Positions 1 through 12,850 of a stretch of 64,000 nucleotides of DNA are shown one piece after another (position 1 is the stretch's first letter; the number at the start of each line of letters is the position of its first letter). Position numbers and translations under genes: made by a program. This DNA is from Ylistrum balloti (lineage: Eukaryota): positions 496,001 to 560,000 of the forward strand of contig NW_026782650.1 in NCBI RefSeq assembly GCF_031769215.1, read 5' to 3'. The notes under the pieces were generated by a model. It was not told the origin of the DNA. It made no database searches and saw nothing but the letters and a program-made list of their open reading frames with translations.

Positions 1-2
1 TA

Positions 3-42
3 CATCTTACACGTCATGCGAAACGGATAAAAAACATCATCG
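3..42 (+). CDS. Unidentified short-exon gene, partial exon at window edge (HLTRHAKRIKNII-G)
   Basis: Open frame from position 3 ends in phase 1 at the strong donor cg|GTGAGT (43). It is in phase with the exon at 1093. Confidence 0.45.
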
Positions 43-418
43 GTGAGTCGGCAAATGCTTTCGACATTACAATGACACGTCTTCAGGAATTTCTTGATTT
101 TGAGAATGTCTGACTCAGATGTTGTTTGTCAGGAAGTTGGTTCTTGGAATTGCTTAATATTAATGTAAATACAATGTTTATCAGCATGAAACTTTTTTAG
201 AATTTCATTATGATAGCGTCGGTAGTCATATTCTATTGAATAGTCCATTGGCAGAAAGTTTCATGTAAATAAGCTATAAATATGTAAGTTTTACTGTCAC
301 TCGATTGATAGGTTACTTACAGGAAGAATAGGACAGAGAAAAGATATTCATTATGTCGATCGCTTAAAGTTTCATTATGTTGCTTGCCATTCAGCTTGTG
401 ACCTAGCGTTAAACCTAA

Positions 419-422
<4 letters not shown>

Positions 423-492
<70 letters not shown>
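423..492. repeat. (AG)35 microsatellite
   Basis: Pure AG run read directly. Confidence 0.98.
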
Positions 493-496
<4 letters not shown>

Positions 497-1092
497 ATGC
501 CTAAAAGTGGTAATAAGATTGTTGCTGTGATAGAAATTCATATTGTAGGCCTTGTGAATGGAATTAGAATGAGGGACGTAATATCTACAACGATAATGGT
601 GCTAAATTATTACCAATAAGGCCGTGATAAGTATCTATTGAACGTAGATGGTTTTCACAGTTAATCACAATCATCGGTCTGGTTATAAGGACTACCATAA
701 TGTGTAAAGAAATGACTACTCCCAAATCATGTGTTGCATTTATATTTTTGGATAATGCTTGGGATTACTCGGGAGACTTGCGCAGTACAGTTTTCCAATT
801 TTGTGCATAATTCAACATAACGATTTTGCTCATTGAGTTAATGGGTGTGGACATAAAGTGAATTTCAGAGAGTGATCATAACAGTTTACATAATGATTGT
901 GTAATTGAAATAACGTTGAATGTCTTCCTTAATTAAGTTGTGTCATTCATTTTACTCTTCAAGTCTTAATTAAAATTTATTTTAAATAACTATTTGAGAA
1001 CCGTCGAATGAATGACCAAAAACATACAAAACTGTAACTTACGGTTAAATCTGACTGCAGTTTTCAACAGCTATTGAATCGACATATTCTAG

Positions 1093-1164
1093 GTCTTCCA
1101 GTCCACCTCCGTAGCTTTAATTTCGACCAGAATCTCTGTATAAACTTCATCAGTTATATACTAG
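1093..1164 (+). CDS. Unidentified short-exon gene, 72-nt exon (G-LPVHLRSFNFDQNLCINFISYIL)
   Basis: attctAG acceptor, tag|GTAAGT donor, open frame in phase 1 to phase 1. Confidence 0.55.
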
Positions 1165-3197
1165 GTAAGTTCTTTTTTAAAGTGCAAGGCAAATATGGGT
1201 ACTGATTTTGAGAAATGCAGACAACCGAATATTAATGCAGAGCTTGCCGGCGAGCTTGACTAGCATGACTTTGAATCTAGGTATTTTATAACATATTATC
1301 ACATATATAATTTTTAAACAAAAACCGATAAGGTTAGCAGTAATATTATCTTATCGCTGGAGAACATCCACTGCCATTATCTACCTCATACAATCTACCT
1401 TCCCTTCCTTGACGTGACTTTCCTCCTTTGCAATGCAGGTTCATACATTTCTCGTGTTGTGTTGCCTCAAGCATGCTAAATGATACTGTAACAAGTTGAG
1501 CCTAAACACAGTTGTACTTCATGTCATATTCCAAATTTGTTTTCACTTCAGTAAAGTGATGTTTACTACTCAGAATCATTACCAGGAGGATAACCATTAG
1601 TATAAGGAGGGAAGACTAATACTGAGACAGTAAATACAATATACCATGACTTCAACGTGTTTTAGAAGGGCCAGAATTATGTTAATTAGTTCAAGTAATA
1701 AAACGTGTTCAAAATCAGAACAGGATAAGTCAAAACCAATACCTAACATGATCTTTTCTTTGCTATATGTTAGCACCATTACAAAATCATGGGGCGTGTG
1801 AATCTCAGCGATTTGCGAAATATTTCCGTCCCTAGAGCAGCTCCGCGTTTTTTAATATCGCAGTGAAGGTAAACAAAATGTAGATACTAATATAAATAAC
1901 ATTTATTTTGATGAAAAAAGGATTAAATCAGAAAGATTGTTGGTGAAAAATGTATAACCAATTATCATTCAAAAACAATTCGTGTTACATGTAGTAATTG
2001 TTAGAAAGCTAATTATCCAAATACCTAGCAAATTGTAATTCATATCAAAATAGAAATTAGTTACAAATTATACTGTAAATTTTAATGGTCGGTAAGTATA
2101 GCTTATACTTTACCGAACAAGGCGAATACGAACAGATGTTTCAGAAGGGTAAGCGTCTTCTGCTTAACTGACTACACCAGGTATGTTAACCTCGGAGCTT
2201 ATATTAGTTTGCTTTTATCAAAAGGCAATCTTTCGTGTAATGTCAAAGTAATGCCTTTTTTTGTCGCCAATTTTGTTGTTTACAAAAATATAAAGCCTAT
2301 ATCAATACATATAAAAACATTATACAACGTTGTCTGTGATAGACATGGAATAGGGAAGACTGGATCGAAAATCTTTCATGGCCGATTTACCAACGCAGAC
2401 AGAAGAGGTGATCGACTGGAAAATGTTTATTCATGTAGGGAAAATAAAGAAGGAAAATACAAGTTTAGGAAGGTCAAGCCATGTTAGTCTGCAGCTGGGG
2501 TCGTTTTAGTAATCGGTTTTGTGTGAAAGAGAATATGAGTGTCATTGTGAAGTGTTTATGGACAAATGAGCATACAAACGTTTGCATTATACAACAAAAC
2601 GTTGGCATATAAATGTTTCCTTGGGTATCAATCATAGATTAGTAACCGACGTGATAACAGCTGGTAGGAATGAGAAATCTGGTATAAAACATAAGACTTA
2701 ATGTCAATCTTAAAATATCTAGATCGTTACACTTAGGAGGATATTTTGAAAATATTGCGCCACTTCATTTGTCATTTAGCATTTGTTCTGTTTTAAATAA
2801 AACATAACAAAAATGTTGTTGTCGCAGCAAAGTCATGCTCCAATCTGCGCACTTCACACTCATTCAGTTTAGATACGTCGTTATCGTTTGAATTATTTAT
2901 CTCAAACATATTGGTATCACAAAAACGTTTAATTTCTATGGAGAAATTGTAGTCAAATACGTTGTACATCGTGGCAGTTAATGAATTTGCCTTCCACGAT
3001 TATTGACGCCCTTCTGTGCGTAGAAGAAGTCTATTGGGACACAGAGGTTAGCTTTTGTAAATGCTGTGAATATTTACCGATTGTAGCATAAGCCTCAGTT
3101 GGATATAATATTGTGTATGATGCTATGTCTCAGATTTAAACCTTGATGAACGCCCGTCTACAAAATCTCAAAGGCCGATATTTCTTGCTACATTCAG

Positions 3198-3252
3198 AAT
3201 GATGGGAGAAACACCGGCTCTGCTAACACATTCATCCATTTACACCGCCCTG
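3198..3252 (+). CDS. Unidentified short-exon gene, 55-nt exon (MMGETPALLTHSSIYTAL)
   Basis: Pyrimidine-rich acceptor tttcttgctacattcAG and donor ctg|GTAATG. Phase 2 to 0, in frame with the exon at 5110. Confidence 0.55.
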
Positions 3253-5109
3253 GTAATGAGTAGCAAAGCCCAGCTGGGATACACGTTACGTAATGTCAAC
3301 TGACAGCACGTACATGTCGCTTCAGGCATTGACATGGAGGGCAAGTTCAGAACATCAAAAAATTCTCAACACAAAAATCTAATTCACGAGCTTAAAGAAT
3401 ATTTATTTAGGATTTTTAGTTTTTTTTTCAAATTCGTGTTGATTTTCTTTCGAGCGTGGATGAGAAGTGCAGATGATGGAGATATAACTGGTATTTGGTT
3501 TTCATCGATGACGATTTAAGTGTTTAAGAGTCCGTGTTACATGTGACATGAACGCACTATCACCGCATGTTACTTGGGATAAGGGTAACTAATTTTAGGT
3601 TCAGACACATTACATGACCCTCAACAATGATGTTCATGTAATGTTATAACAATCGTTATTTTGCAAAACCTTCGGCTTTACTTATCTTATGGTGATATAG
3701 AATGAGTTCGTTTGAGTCGATGCGAAACCTTAAATGATTTAAACTCATTCGTGACTAGCTGATATTAACCGTGATAAGATATCTTCCTTGGCACCAGAAC
3801 ACTAACTATCTGACTATTTCCTCATAAACCTCTACTGCTAGATTTGGTGAATATTGAAATATGGCTTCTCGTCACAGAATTTCTGTTGTAGGTTCAATGT
3901 GTGGTGTGAATCATGCATCGCATCATTTATACAAAAAATGATGTAAATGTGTCTTAACGATTAAGTCAAGAGATGGAAGGAAATTCTTATTGTATGAAGG
4001 ATGGAAAAATTGATTAATCATAATCGACAGACAGATAAAGCGTTGTGATAAACAACGTTACATATTAGTGATTATAAATAAAACAGTAATATTTATTTTC
4101 TTTAAGTTTATTAGCGTAATTGTTTGCATTATTATTTATTTGTGGGTGAAGGGGGCGTGGCGGGGACGGATGTGAGCTGAAATTGTGTTCGTGTTAGGGA
4201 AACAGAAGTGCTTTTTCATGATTGCCTTTTGTTTTAAATTTCTATTGAAGTACAATACCTTTCTGCCATTACGATTTCAACATTTTTTGTTATGCTTGTT
4301 AGGATTAATGATATAAACACTATTGACAACTAGAAGAACTGTTGTGCTCTCGAGGTACATAGGACATGTTACTTTATTTTCACAAGAGAATTACTACCGG
4401 AAATGGTGGCTTCATTTCCGTTTTCTGATTTCATTTTCGCATTTCGTTTTTCTTTAGCATATTTTCATATTCTATTTTTTATGGGGCAAGTCATTTTAAA
4501 AATAAGACAACTCCCTCGATAAGAAACTAGTCATATGTTGATTTCTATGTCAAAAATCCTTATAGTCCCTATTGTTCTATCAAAAAGCGATACAGTTCTA
4601 TGGAAATCAGCAATTTATGACGATGGTGTAGGAATAACTACCATGATTGCACGTTTGTTCTCCCTGTGGAATGGCCGAACGCTGACCACTAGCTGTGACA
4701 AATTATTTCGTGATTGACCAACGTGGACAGCGTGGTGATCCAGTGACAACCCTCGTTAGTAGCGCTGATGGTGGCAACTTGAGACATTCCGCTCGCCCGT
4801 CCGTGAGACGAATTCTGGCCAACTTCAAAACCATAGAGGTGTGATTGAGTCAAAGACAGCAAAAAGTCTACTTCGTATTTCAACGAACTGTCCATGGTGT
4901 CAATGTTGACACTACTACTTTATATCCAATTACCTAGCTAAAATCAAGAAGCGGTGCCTATGTTGGTGCGAACATTACGTGTATGTTTCAAACTAAGTGT
5001 TGAAAACTGAAATATCTTTAGTATTACATTCATCTAAATTGACAGGAAAATGGAGAATATTAACTAAAGCAAAATTGTGTGTCTTGTCTTATCACCTTTA
5101 TGATTTCAG

Positions 5110-5145
5110 ATGGTAGCCATTGTTGGTGGTTTAGGATTTCCTGAG
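5110..5145 (+). CDS. Unidentified short-exon gene, 36-nt exon (MVAIVGGLGFPE)
   Basis: tgatttcAG acceptor and gag|GTTTGT donor. Only the phase-0 frame is open across the whole exon. Confidence 0.55.
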
Positions 5146-6785
5146 GTTTGTTGCATCCTAAATGTCATGTTTTAATTCAATTAAATACTGACACGGTTTA
5201 GATTGTACTTATGTGCTTGACGTTCTTTTGAAAGTATTAAATATATAAAAATTACGAAATTATTACATTATCGGGCTATTGCAACTCCCATTTAGACATT
5301 TTTTACGATTAATTTTGACTATCATCCGTCGCTTATGTGTCAATATTTACGTTCTTTTAGCATCAATGGCGAGTTTAAGAACGGCGAAACAGCTGTAAGA
5401 TGTAGTTTATTGCATTGATTGATTCTACAGTGTCTAATCATAAATGTGTTTCTTTTGTCCAATCTTATAACATGGTGATTTTCAGTGATGTAAAATGCTG
5501 TAAATTAATCAGAAAAATAGAGAACATCATGTTAACGATCTCTTGTGATCCTTCTCTCGTGAATAGACTTTAGAAATATGTGATCGTTACTAAATACATC
5601 AGTTATCAATAACTGTTAACAAGGCTGACAGCAGTGTAAGAGATAAGTTAGAAAATAAATGATAGCCACTTCAATCTAGTCATTATCTACTATAACACTA
5701 TTGTGATGGTCTCCTGTTAGACTAAATAAACTTCAAATCCATTAATTACATGTAGTGTTGTAAATATCTTAAGCGATGGGTCATGAAACAATCGCGTTCT
5801 TTGTGATTTTGATGATAGATGATGAAGATAATTAAAACTGAATAGCACATTATAAAAAAACTACATACATACGTACTGCTGTGCTACTTGATTGCTTCCT
5901 TTTATTCTAAATACTTAAATCCACACAAAGCATTGGCACTCTCGCTTAAAAACATAATTCCTGGTGCGTTTGTTCTTTACATAAACGTATACTGATTCAA
6001 ACCAACAAATATAATTTGTTCTTCCCCGCATGTCAGTAAATACAATCCATAAAACCACATGCTAATTTTTATGAGGACAAAACCTAAGAAATTACCATGT
6101 CTTTCAGCTGATTCTTTATTTCCTGTGCTCATGCTGGCATTACTTTTCGCTCACTGAAAATAGAGATCAAGATGTACAACGGTACCATCCCAGGGGTCTA
6201 AGATAAGTAAGATCTTCTGTTTCTTCGATTCAGTACTCGAATTCCAGGTCATTATCTATCTAAAAAGTAGTGTTTATTTCCCTCGTTTTGGGAGATGGTA
6301 TTTGGAGAGTATGGTGCATGCCAGATCCGTGCTGCACGTTAATTCGATGTTATCGTCACTTTCTACTTGAATAACAGGAAGCATAGAATCTTACTACACC
6401 AATATATCAGGTCAATGGTAGTTTTTACATCCCGATTGTAGTATGTTAGATGCCGGCTTATTAGTAAACAATTTCCTAACTCAACTGAGGAATAACGACG
6501 AGGTTCAATGAGAAAGTGCATGCCATCTGGCAATGTTTGATATTTGAAGACACCATGAAGTTGCATCCCGCTGCACTGTATCGTTTTCTCGATTAGGTTT
6601 CTTTAAATATTATATAAAACTGTTTAGTAATGACAACATACATTTAAACCGAAATTGTCTTCAGGCATGCAATTAAGAAATCTTCAGATAGGAGGATACG
6701 GTATCTACCTTATCACCTATGATACAACCAATTTATTTTAATGTTATAATTTGTTACGACTTCGGACCCTGCTTAACTAAATAAT

Positions 6786-7765
6786 GTCTATTGTAAGATC
6801 GCTATCTCTGTATCTATTGTGAAATTACTATCTCTATTGTGAGATTGCTATCTTTATATCTATTGTGAAATTACTATCTCTTTATCTATTGTGAGATTGT
6901 TATCTCTATATCTATTGTGAGATTGTTATCTCTATATCTATTGTGAGATTGTTATCTCTGTATCTATTGTGAGATTGTTATCTCTGTATCCGTTGTGAGA
7001 TTGCTATCTCTATATCTATTGTGCGTTTGTTATCTCTGTATCTATTGTGAGATTGTTATCTCTGTATCCGTTGTGAGATTGTTATCTCTATATCTATTGT
7101 GAGATTGTTATATCTGTATATATTGTGAAATTGTTATCTCTGTATATATTGTGAGATTGTTATCTCTATATCTATTGTGCGTTTGTTATCTCTGTATATA
7201 TTGTGAGATTGTTATCTCTGTATCCGTTGTGAGAGTGTTATCTCTGTATCCGTTGTGAGATTGTTACCTTTATATCTATTGTGAGTTTGTTATCTCTGTA
7301 TCTATTGTGAGTTTGCTCTCTCTCTCTGTATCTACTGTGAGATTGTTATCTCGATATCTATTGTGAGATTGTTATATCTGTATATATTGTGAAGTTGTTA
7401 TCTCTGTATATATTGTGAGATTGTTATCTCTATATCTATTGTGCGTTTGTTATCTCTGTATATATTGTGAGATTGTTATCTCTGTATCCGTTGTGAGATT
7501 GTTATCTCTGTATCCGTTGTGAGATTGTTACCTCTCTCTGTATCTACTGTGAGATTGTTATCTCGATATCTATTGTGAGTTTGCTATCTCTGTGTATCTA
7601 TTGTGAGATTGTTATCTCTGTATATATTGTGAGATTGCTACCTTTATATCTATTGTTAAATTGCTATCTCTATATCTGCTGTGAGATTGCTATCTCTGTA
7701 TATATTGTGAGATCGCTATCTCTGTTTATATTGTGAGATGGCTATCTCTCTGTATCTATTGTGAT
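6786..7765. repeat. 26-nt minisatellite (TATCTATTGTGAGATTGTTATCTCTG), ~37 copies
   Basis: Periodicity read directly. It ends about 27 nt before the 8-nt microexon. Confidence 0.95.
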
Positions 7766-7791
7766 AATGCTTTAAAACGTTTATGTCGCAG

Positions 7792-7799
7792 GTGTTCCG
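7792..7799 (+). CDS. Unidentified short-exon gene, 8-nt microexon GTGTTCCG (VF-R)
   Basis: tgtcgcAG|GTGTTCCG|GTAAGT. It supplies exactly the phase 0 to 2 shift needed between the flanking exons. Confidence 0.5.
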
Positions 7800-10575
7800 G
7801 TAAGTACTGGATAGGTATAATGTGAACCCATGAGTACTCATTATTCTCTTGTCATCATATTTTCGTGTCTATATCACCTTGATCAGGTGAGCAATCGTTA
7901 ATTTGAACACACACTTCACTCTATAATATCAAAGGGTGATCTGGTTGGTTAATAAAATGTGATACCCTTGTGACATTCACGCGCCTAATGCAGCAGTAAC
8001 AAACACAAATCTGAGAATAGAGTGGTGTGCATAGACTGACAGGTCGTGTGCAGACGACACCTTGACAACTTAACAAGGTCGACCACCGAGAGGCTACAGA
8101 AGATTAATTTCCGGTGTTGATTGAATTCAGATGTAGCAGCAGACTGGGTTTACTTATTGACCATTATTGCGAGAGTCATTTTTTTTTATTTCTGTAGAAT
8201 TGTCCTCGATTTCTTACGTCTGCAGAGATACATTGCTATATATATGATTCCTTTATACTTAGGTAAAAACAGATACTTAAGCGACATGTGATATACTTTG
8301 TCGGATGTATCAGAACATTGTCTTTTCAGTTTACCTCCATTTTATCATTTTTCTCGTATGATTAAACTGTACATTAACGAAGACGTACAATGAGGTTGAC
8401 ATTGGAAGGAATCGCCACGCGATCTTAATTCAATTTTTTGAGGAAATGAATACAAAATATTTTTTGAAATATATAATATGTAATCTGCATATGATGTAAC
8501 GCTTATAATACACATGGAACAATACATCCAGTATAAGCCATCTGGTCCTATGTTCGTGGTTAAAATGGTTTTCATGCATTACATGACATGGTTAAGGGTA
8601 TCATTATGATTTTGAAAAAAAAAAAAAAAAAAAAGTAGCATACCCGTTACCTTGCAGTTTACCATCTTGATATTACTTAAACTATTGCAGTGACGATATA
8701 ACCAAAATAACAACTATCTATATATGAATATATAGCCACTAAATAATTGATAGTGTTGCATGCAGAAGACCTAACTTGTCAATGTGTGACTGACTGATTC
8801 TTTCACTTTTAATATCATCATTTATTGGCCACAGGCAATTTCATTTTGACGTAACGAAAGCAAATTCAATATTACATACATTAAAGCAGCATGCAAAACT
8901 ATTCCACTAAACTGACTCATGTGAAAGATAAGAAAAATATTGTTCTTCCTTAATAACTCATGAAAGTCTTCTCTCAGTTTTGCTTTCATAAGTATTGACT
9001 CAATAAATAAATACATCAAAAAAATCTTCGACATGTAAAAATTTGATAAAAGATAATTCAAGACGCTCCTAAGACACTCGACTTGTGATAATAAATTAAA
9101 TGTTTTGCATGTTTTATAATCGTCTGCTAGTCGCTGTATCCATATTAATGAGTTCAGGCAGGTTCGTTCCCATGTCTTACAAAGGTTTTATAGTCTTGGA
9201 ATAGTCTTTGTTACAGGATACTATGAGGCATAAGATGTTACTACTGAGGCAATGAAATTCAATGAAAATGTGTTAAGGCGAAAATTATGCTCCCAGCTGT
9301 GTCTGTGTTTCTTTGAATTTTTTTTTTTTTTTTTTTCGTAGATGTAATTTTCAGTGACGGTAAAAGCCATGCTTTGAAATATATTTCATAATGAAAAACG
9401 ATAAAACTATGTTCGATAATGCACTTAAATTACATTAACGCAAAGCATAGTTGATGTTTTTCCCAGTTAAAAATCTATTGCCGACAGTACGTAAATTGTC
9501 CTTCATATTTAATTGGTTCATCTTTCACTTTTCGTTCAAACGACGCCTGTTTACTTCGCTTCAAAGACAACACTGATATCAAATCAAATTCCCTATCTGG
9601 TATAAGTCAATGTGTTCCACCATTAATACAGAGCGAGTTTGGTACATCTCGGTATAAGTGATAAACATCACGTGAACTGGGTACATAGGATTCCTTTATC
9701 AAATAGTAAAACCAGTAGAATCAAAACGGATACACTGGAGAATTTAGAAATATAGTTTAGATGTGAGGCGAATTAAAGGTTTATATCTATCCCGCTGAGG
9801 AACTAATTCAAAACTTTATAAACCTGTGCTTGGTTTTTTCGTCAAAACACATGTGTCGTTGTATCAAACTGCTCAGGCGATGAACAATCAGCCCTAGTCT
9901 GTATGTAGTATTTACAATGTGTGCATATTTTTACATTCTTTCAGACATACACAAGAGAAAGTATTATTAATTGTGTTTCTGGTGTGGTTAACTGATGTAC
10001 ATAAATCATAATTTGGTAACTGATATATCTAAATAGCGCTAATGATAATTGTAAGTTCATAAATCACACGGAGACCGCAGACTTGTTACGTACAATAACA
10101 AAGAACAGAGTAATGAGGTGATTTCTCACCACCCGTTTTGTTATTATCATAAAGCATTTTGTAATCATCAACAACGTCTTAGTTGTTTGTCAGAATGACT
10201 TCGTAGCTTCGGAAACGAAAGTGGACTGTTCGAAAATTGTTTACACCAGAGAACGCATAACAGCATGTCTTTTTTTCTGCACATCTTAAAGAACAATGAA
10301 TACTGTTTTTATCAGACGGAAAAAGCAATTAGTTCTAACAATGCATCAGTCATTTAAAGGTAACTTCCAACAAATCAACATCTAATATTGCCATTCGGGA
10401 TCACAAATGACATTTTAATGCATCTTTCAAACACCATAGCATCTTCAAACAAAGTCGGATAGCTAGCGCCGCAAAAAGACGAAAGAAACGAAAGTGTTAT
10501 TCAAGACATAATGAACCTTAATTAACGTCCGATAGGTGTTATCTACAAACCAATTTATGTAATTGTGTATTTCAG

Positions 10576-10643
10576 AGCTGTACAACCAGACTTTAATGAA
10601 ATAGCCTTATACTTGTTCCTGAGTTCTGTGGAACTTCCATCAG
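10576..10643 (+). CDS. Unidentified short-exon gene, 68-nt exon (R-AVQPDFNEIALYLFLSSVELPS)
   Basis: tatttcAG acceptor and cag|GTATAA donor. Only the phase-2 frame is open; it ends in phase 1. Confidence 0.55.
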
Positions 10644-11510
10644 GTATAAAGCACACCAACAATACCACAAAGCAGGATAGTGTGTTGTTTATCTTGGTCT
10701 GTTGGTGATGATATGTATGACCAACTCATTAGCACTGTAAACTGATGCTGTAATTGATAGTCTTCAGCATGGCGCTGGTAGTTATTGGCTCAGAATAAAC
10801 ATTCCCTGAAACAAACGGAATCCGCGGCATGTCTCATTATTGGTTCAGGACCGTGCGTTTACTACATTAACTAATATCAGGGCAGTACTGGATTTCTGGT
10901 ATGGAACAAAGCATTTGGTAGATACTTCCACATACATTGAGCGAGAAAATAAATGTCACTTTGATATGGGCGTAACGATGGATAAAACTAAACATTTTGG
11001 GTATTAGTCTTAAATTTAAATTAGAACGTTTATCTGTTCGTCGCGAATGATTTGTTGTAAGGTATAAGACTTGTTATATTGTTTCACCAAATTGTATATA
11101 GGAGAATTATCGAACTCTGCACTTTATGTGGAGGAAAATGTTTCAAACGATAGAGTAGTTTATTGGCAATGTAATTAAAACAAGAGAATTTCCATCTCGA
11201 ATTCTCGTTTCATGGAACTAAGGGAAATGAGAGATCTAGTTTCTTTTATATCTATTTTAATTAAAGTTCGATGTAGTTATTGAAATTTCGGTATTTTTTC
11301 ACCTATATCGTTACTGCTCTTTAACATATAATTGATTTGGAAAATGTAACGTGACACCGACTTTAACCACATACATTTGTATATCTATATACAATAACCG
11401 GTATTCTCTAATTCAACATCCGGTAGGGACGTTACATGAAGATAAACTTTCCTAATGGTTACGATTTACGAAGATATAAAATAAAACTACCATAATCAGT
11501 GGATTGATGA

Positions 11511-12154
11511 TTACAAAATATAAGTAAAGAAAATATTCCAATAAGTACACAAAATATTCCAATAAGTACACAAAATATCCAAACAAGTACACAAAATATT
11601 CACAAAATATTCCAATAAGTACACAAAATATTCAAACAAGTACACAAAATATTCCAATATGTACACAAAATATTCCAATAAGTACACAAAATATTCCAAT
11701 AAGTACACAAAATATTCCAACAAGTACACAAAATATTATATGTACACAAAGTACACAAAATATTATGTACACAAAATATTCCAATAAGTACACAAAATAT
11801 TCCAATAAGTACACAAAATATTCCAACAAGTACACAAAATATTCCAATAAGTACACAAAATATTTAAACAAGAACACAAAATATTCAAACAAGTACACAA
11901 TATATTCCAACAAGTACACAAAATATTCACAAAATATTCCAATAAGTACACAAAATATTTAAACAAGAACACAAAATATTCAAACAAGTACACAATATAT
12001 CCACAAAATATTCCAATAAGTACACAAAATATTCCAACAAGTACACAAAATATTCCAATAAGTACACAAAATATCCAAACAAGTACACAAAATATCCAAA
12101 CAAGTACACAAAATATTCAAACAAGTACACAATATATTCAAACAAGTACACAAA
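11511..12154. repeat. 21-nt minisatellite (TACACAAAATATTCCAATAAG), ~30 copies
   Basis: Periodicity read directly. It produces the spurious TKYSNKY / YLLEYFV ORFs. Confidence 0.95.
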
Positions 12155-12809
12155 ATCAAAACCACGAGATTTTCACACAAACCAATTTCACATGAACTAT
12201 TTTCACTCAACTACATATATATGTACATGTGTATGATCGTAACAAGGGGAGATTAGATAGGAATGAAGCTTTAACACCTACTTGGATAGTGTAAGTATGT
12301 ACATTTACATCACAGATACAACCTTTACTGTTGTCAAGCTATCATGTAGTCAGTGATACAATAGCACAGGGCAATCTTGACTGAAACCAGTATCCTATTT
12401 CAAAATTCTATCGTCTTCTATTTTTAAATCTGCATGACGTCAAACGTGTAATGATTCCTGAGTTAGAATAAGAAAGAAGATAAGTCCTCCATCAATGATA
12501 AGAGAGACGGTCAGATAGTGTCAACTTTCTATTATAAAACATCATACGGGAATGGGTAATATTTCGGGTAACGTTCACACATAATTGTGTCTTCCCGATC
12601 AATTCTGGCACATCAATATGGGTCATTTTTCATTACCGGGTGACATTAATCACGTGTAGAAGTGTAGGGCTAGCCAATTTGGTCTTCTGAATGGGCCATC
12701 ACTGCAGTATTATTCCCGATCAGGTACACCGGAGAAAAAGTGGGTCGCATTAGGGAATTTTCCTGTCACTTTTCGGCGCATCAATAACGTCATGTTTTCA
12801 TTACTGTAG

Positions 12810-12850
12810 ATATCGTGATTATCAAGACAAGTGTGCTCCGGCCAGACTAG
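12810..12850 (+). CDS. Unidentified short-exon gene, putative terminal exon (D-IVIIKTSVLRPD-stop)
   Basis: ttttcattactgtAG acceptor. Phase-1 entry gives 13 codons and TAG at 12848-12850. An AATAAA at 13726 could be its polyA signal. Confidence 0.45.

Noticed and set aside
43-95. Second hammerhead-like motif on the minus strand (CUGAAGA...GAAA)
   Set aside because: Stem II is poor, there is no UH triplet after stem III, and no stem I complement.
317-541. 74-aa minus-strand ORF with SL repeats
   Set aside because: Translation of the (AG)n microsatellite.
4535-4895. Overlapping 60-68 aa ORFs in a GC-richer patch
   Set aside because: No motif or phase link to neighbouring exons; possibly a repeat relic.
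11511-12210. YLLEYFV / NILCTYW / TKYSNKY ORFs
   Set aside because: Translations of a 21-nt minisatellite inside an intron.
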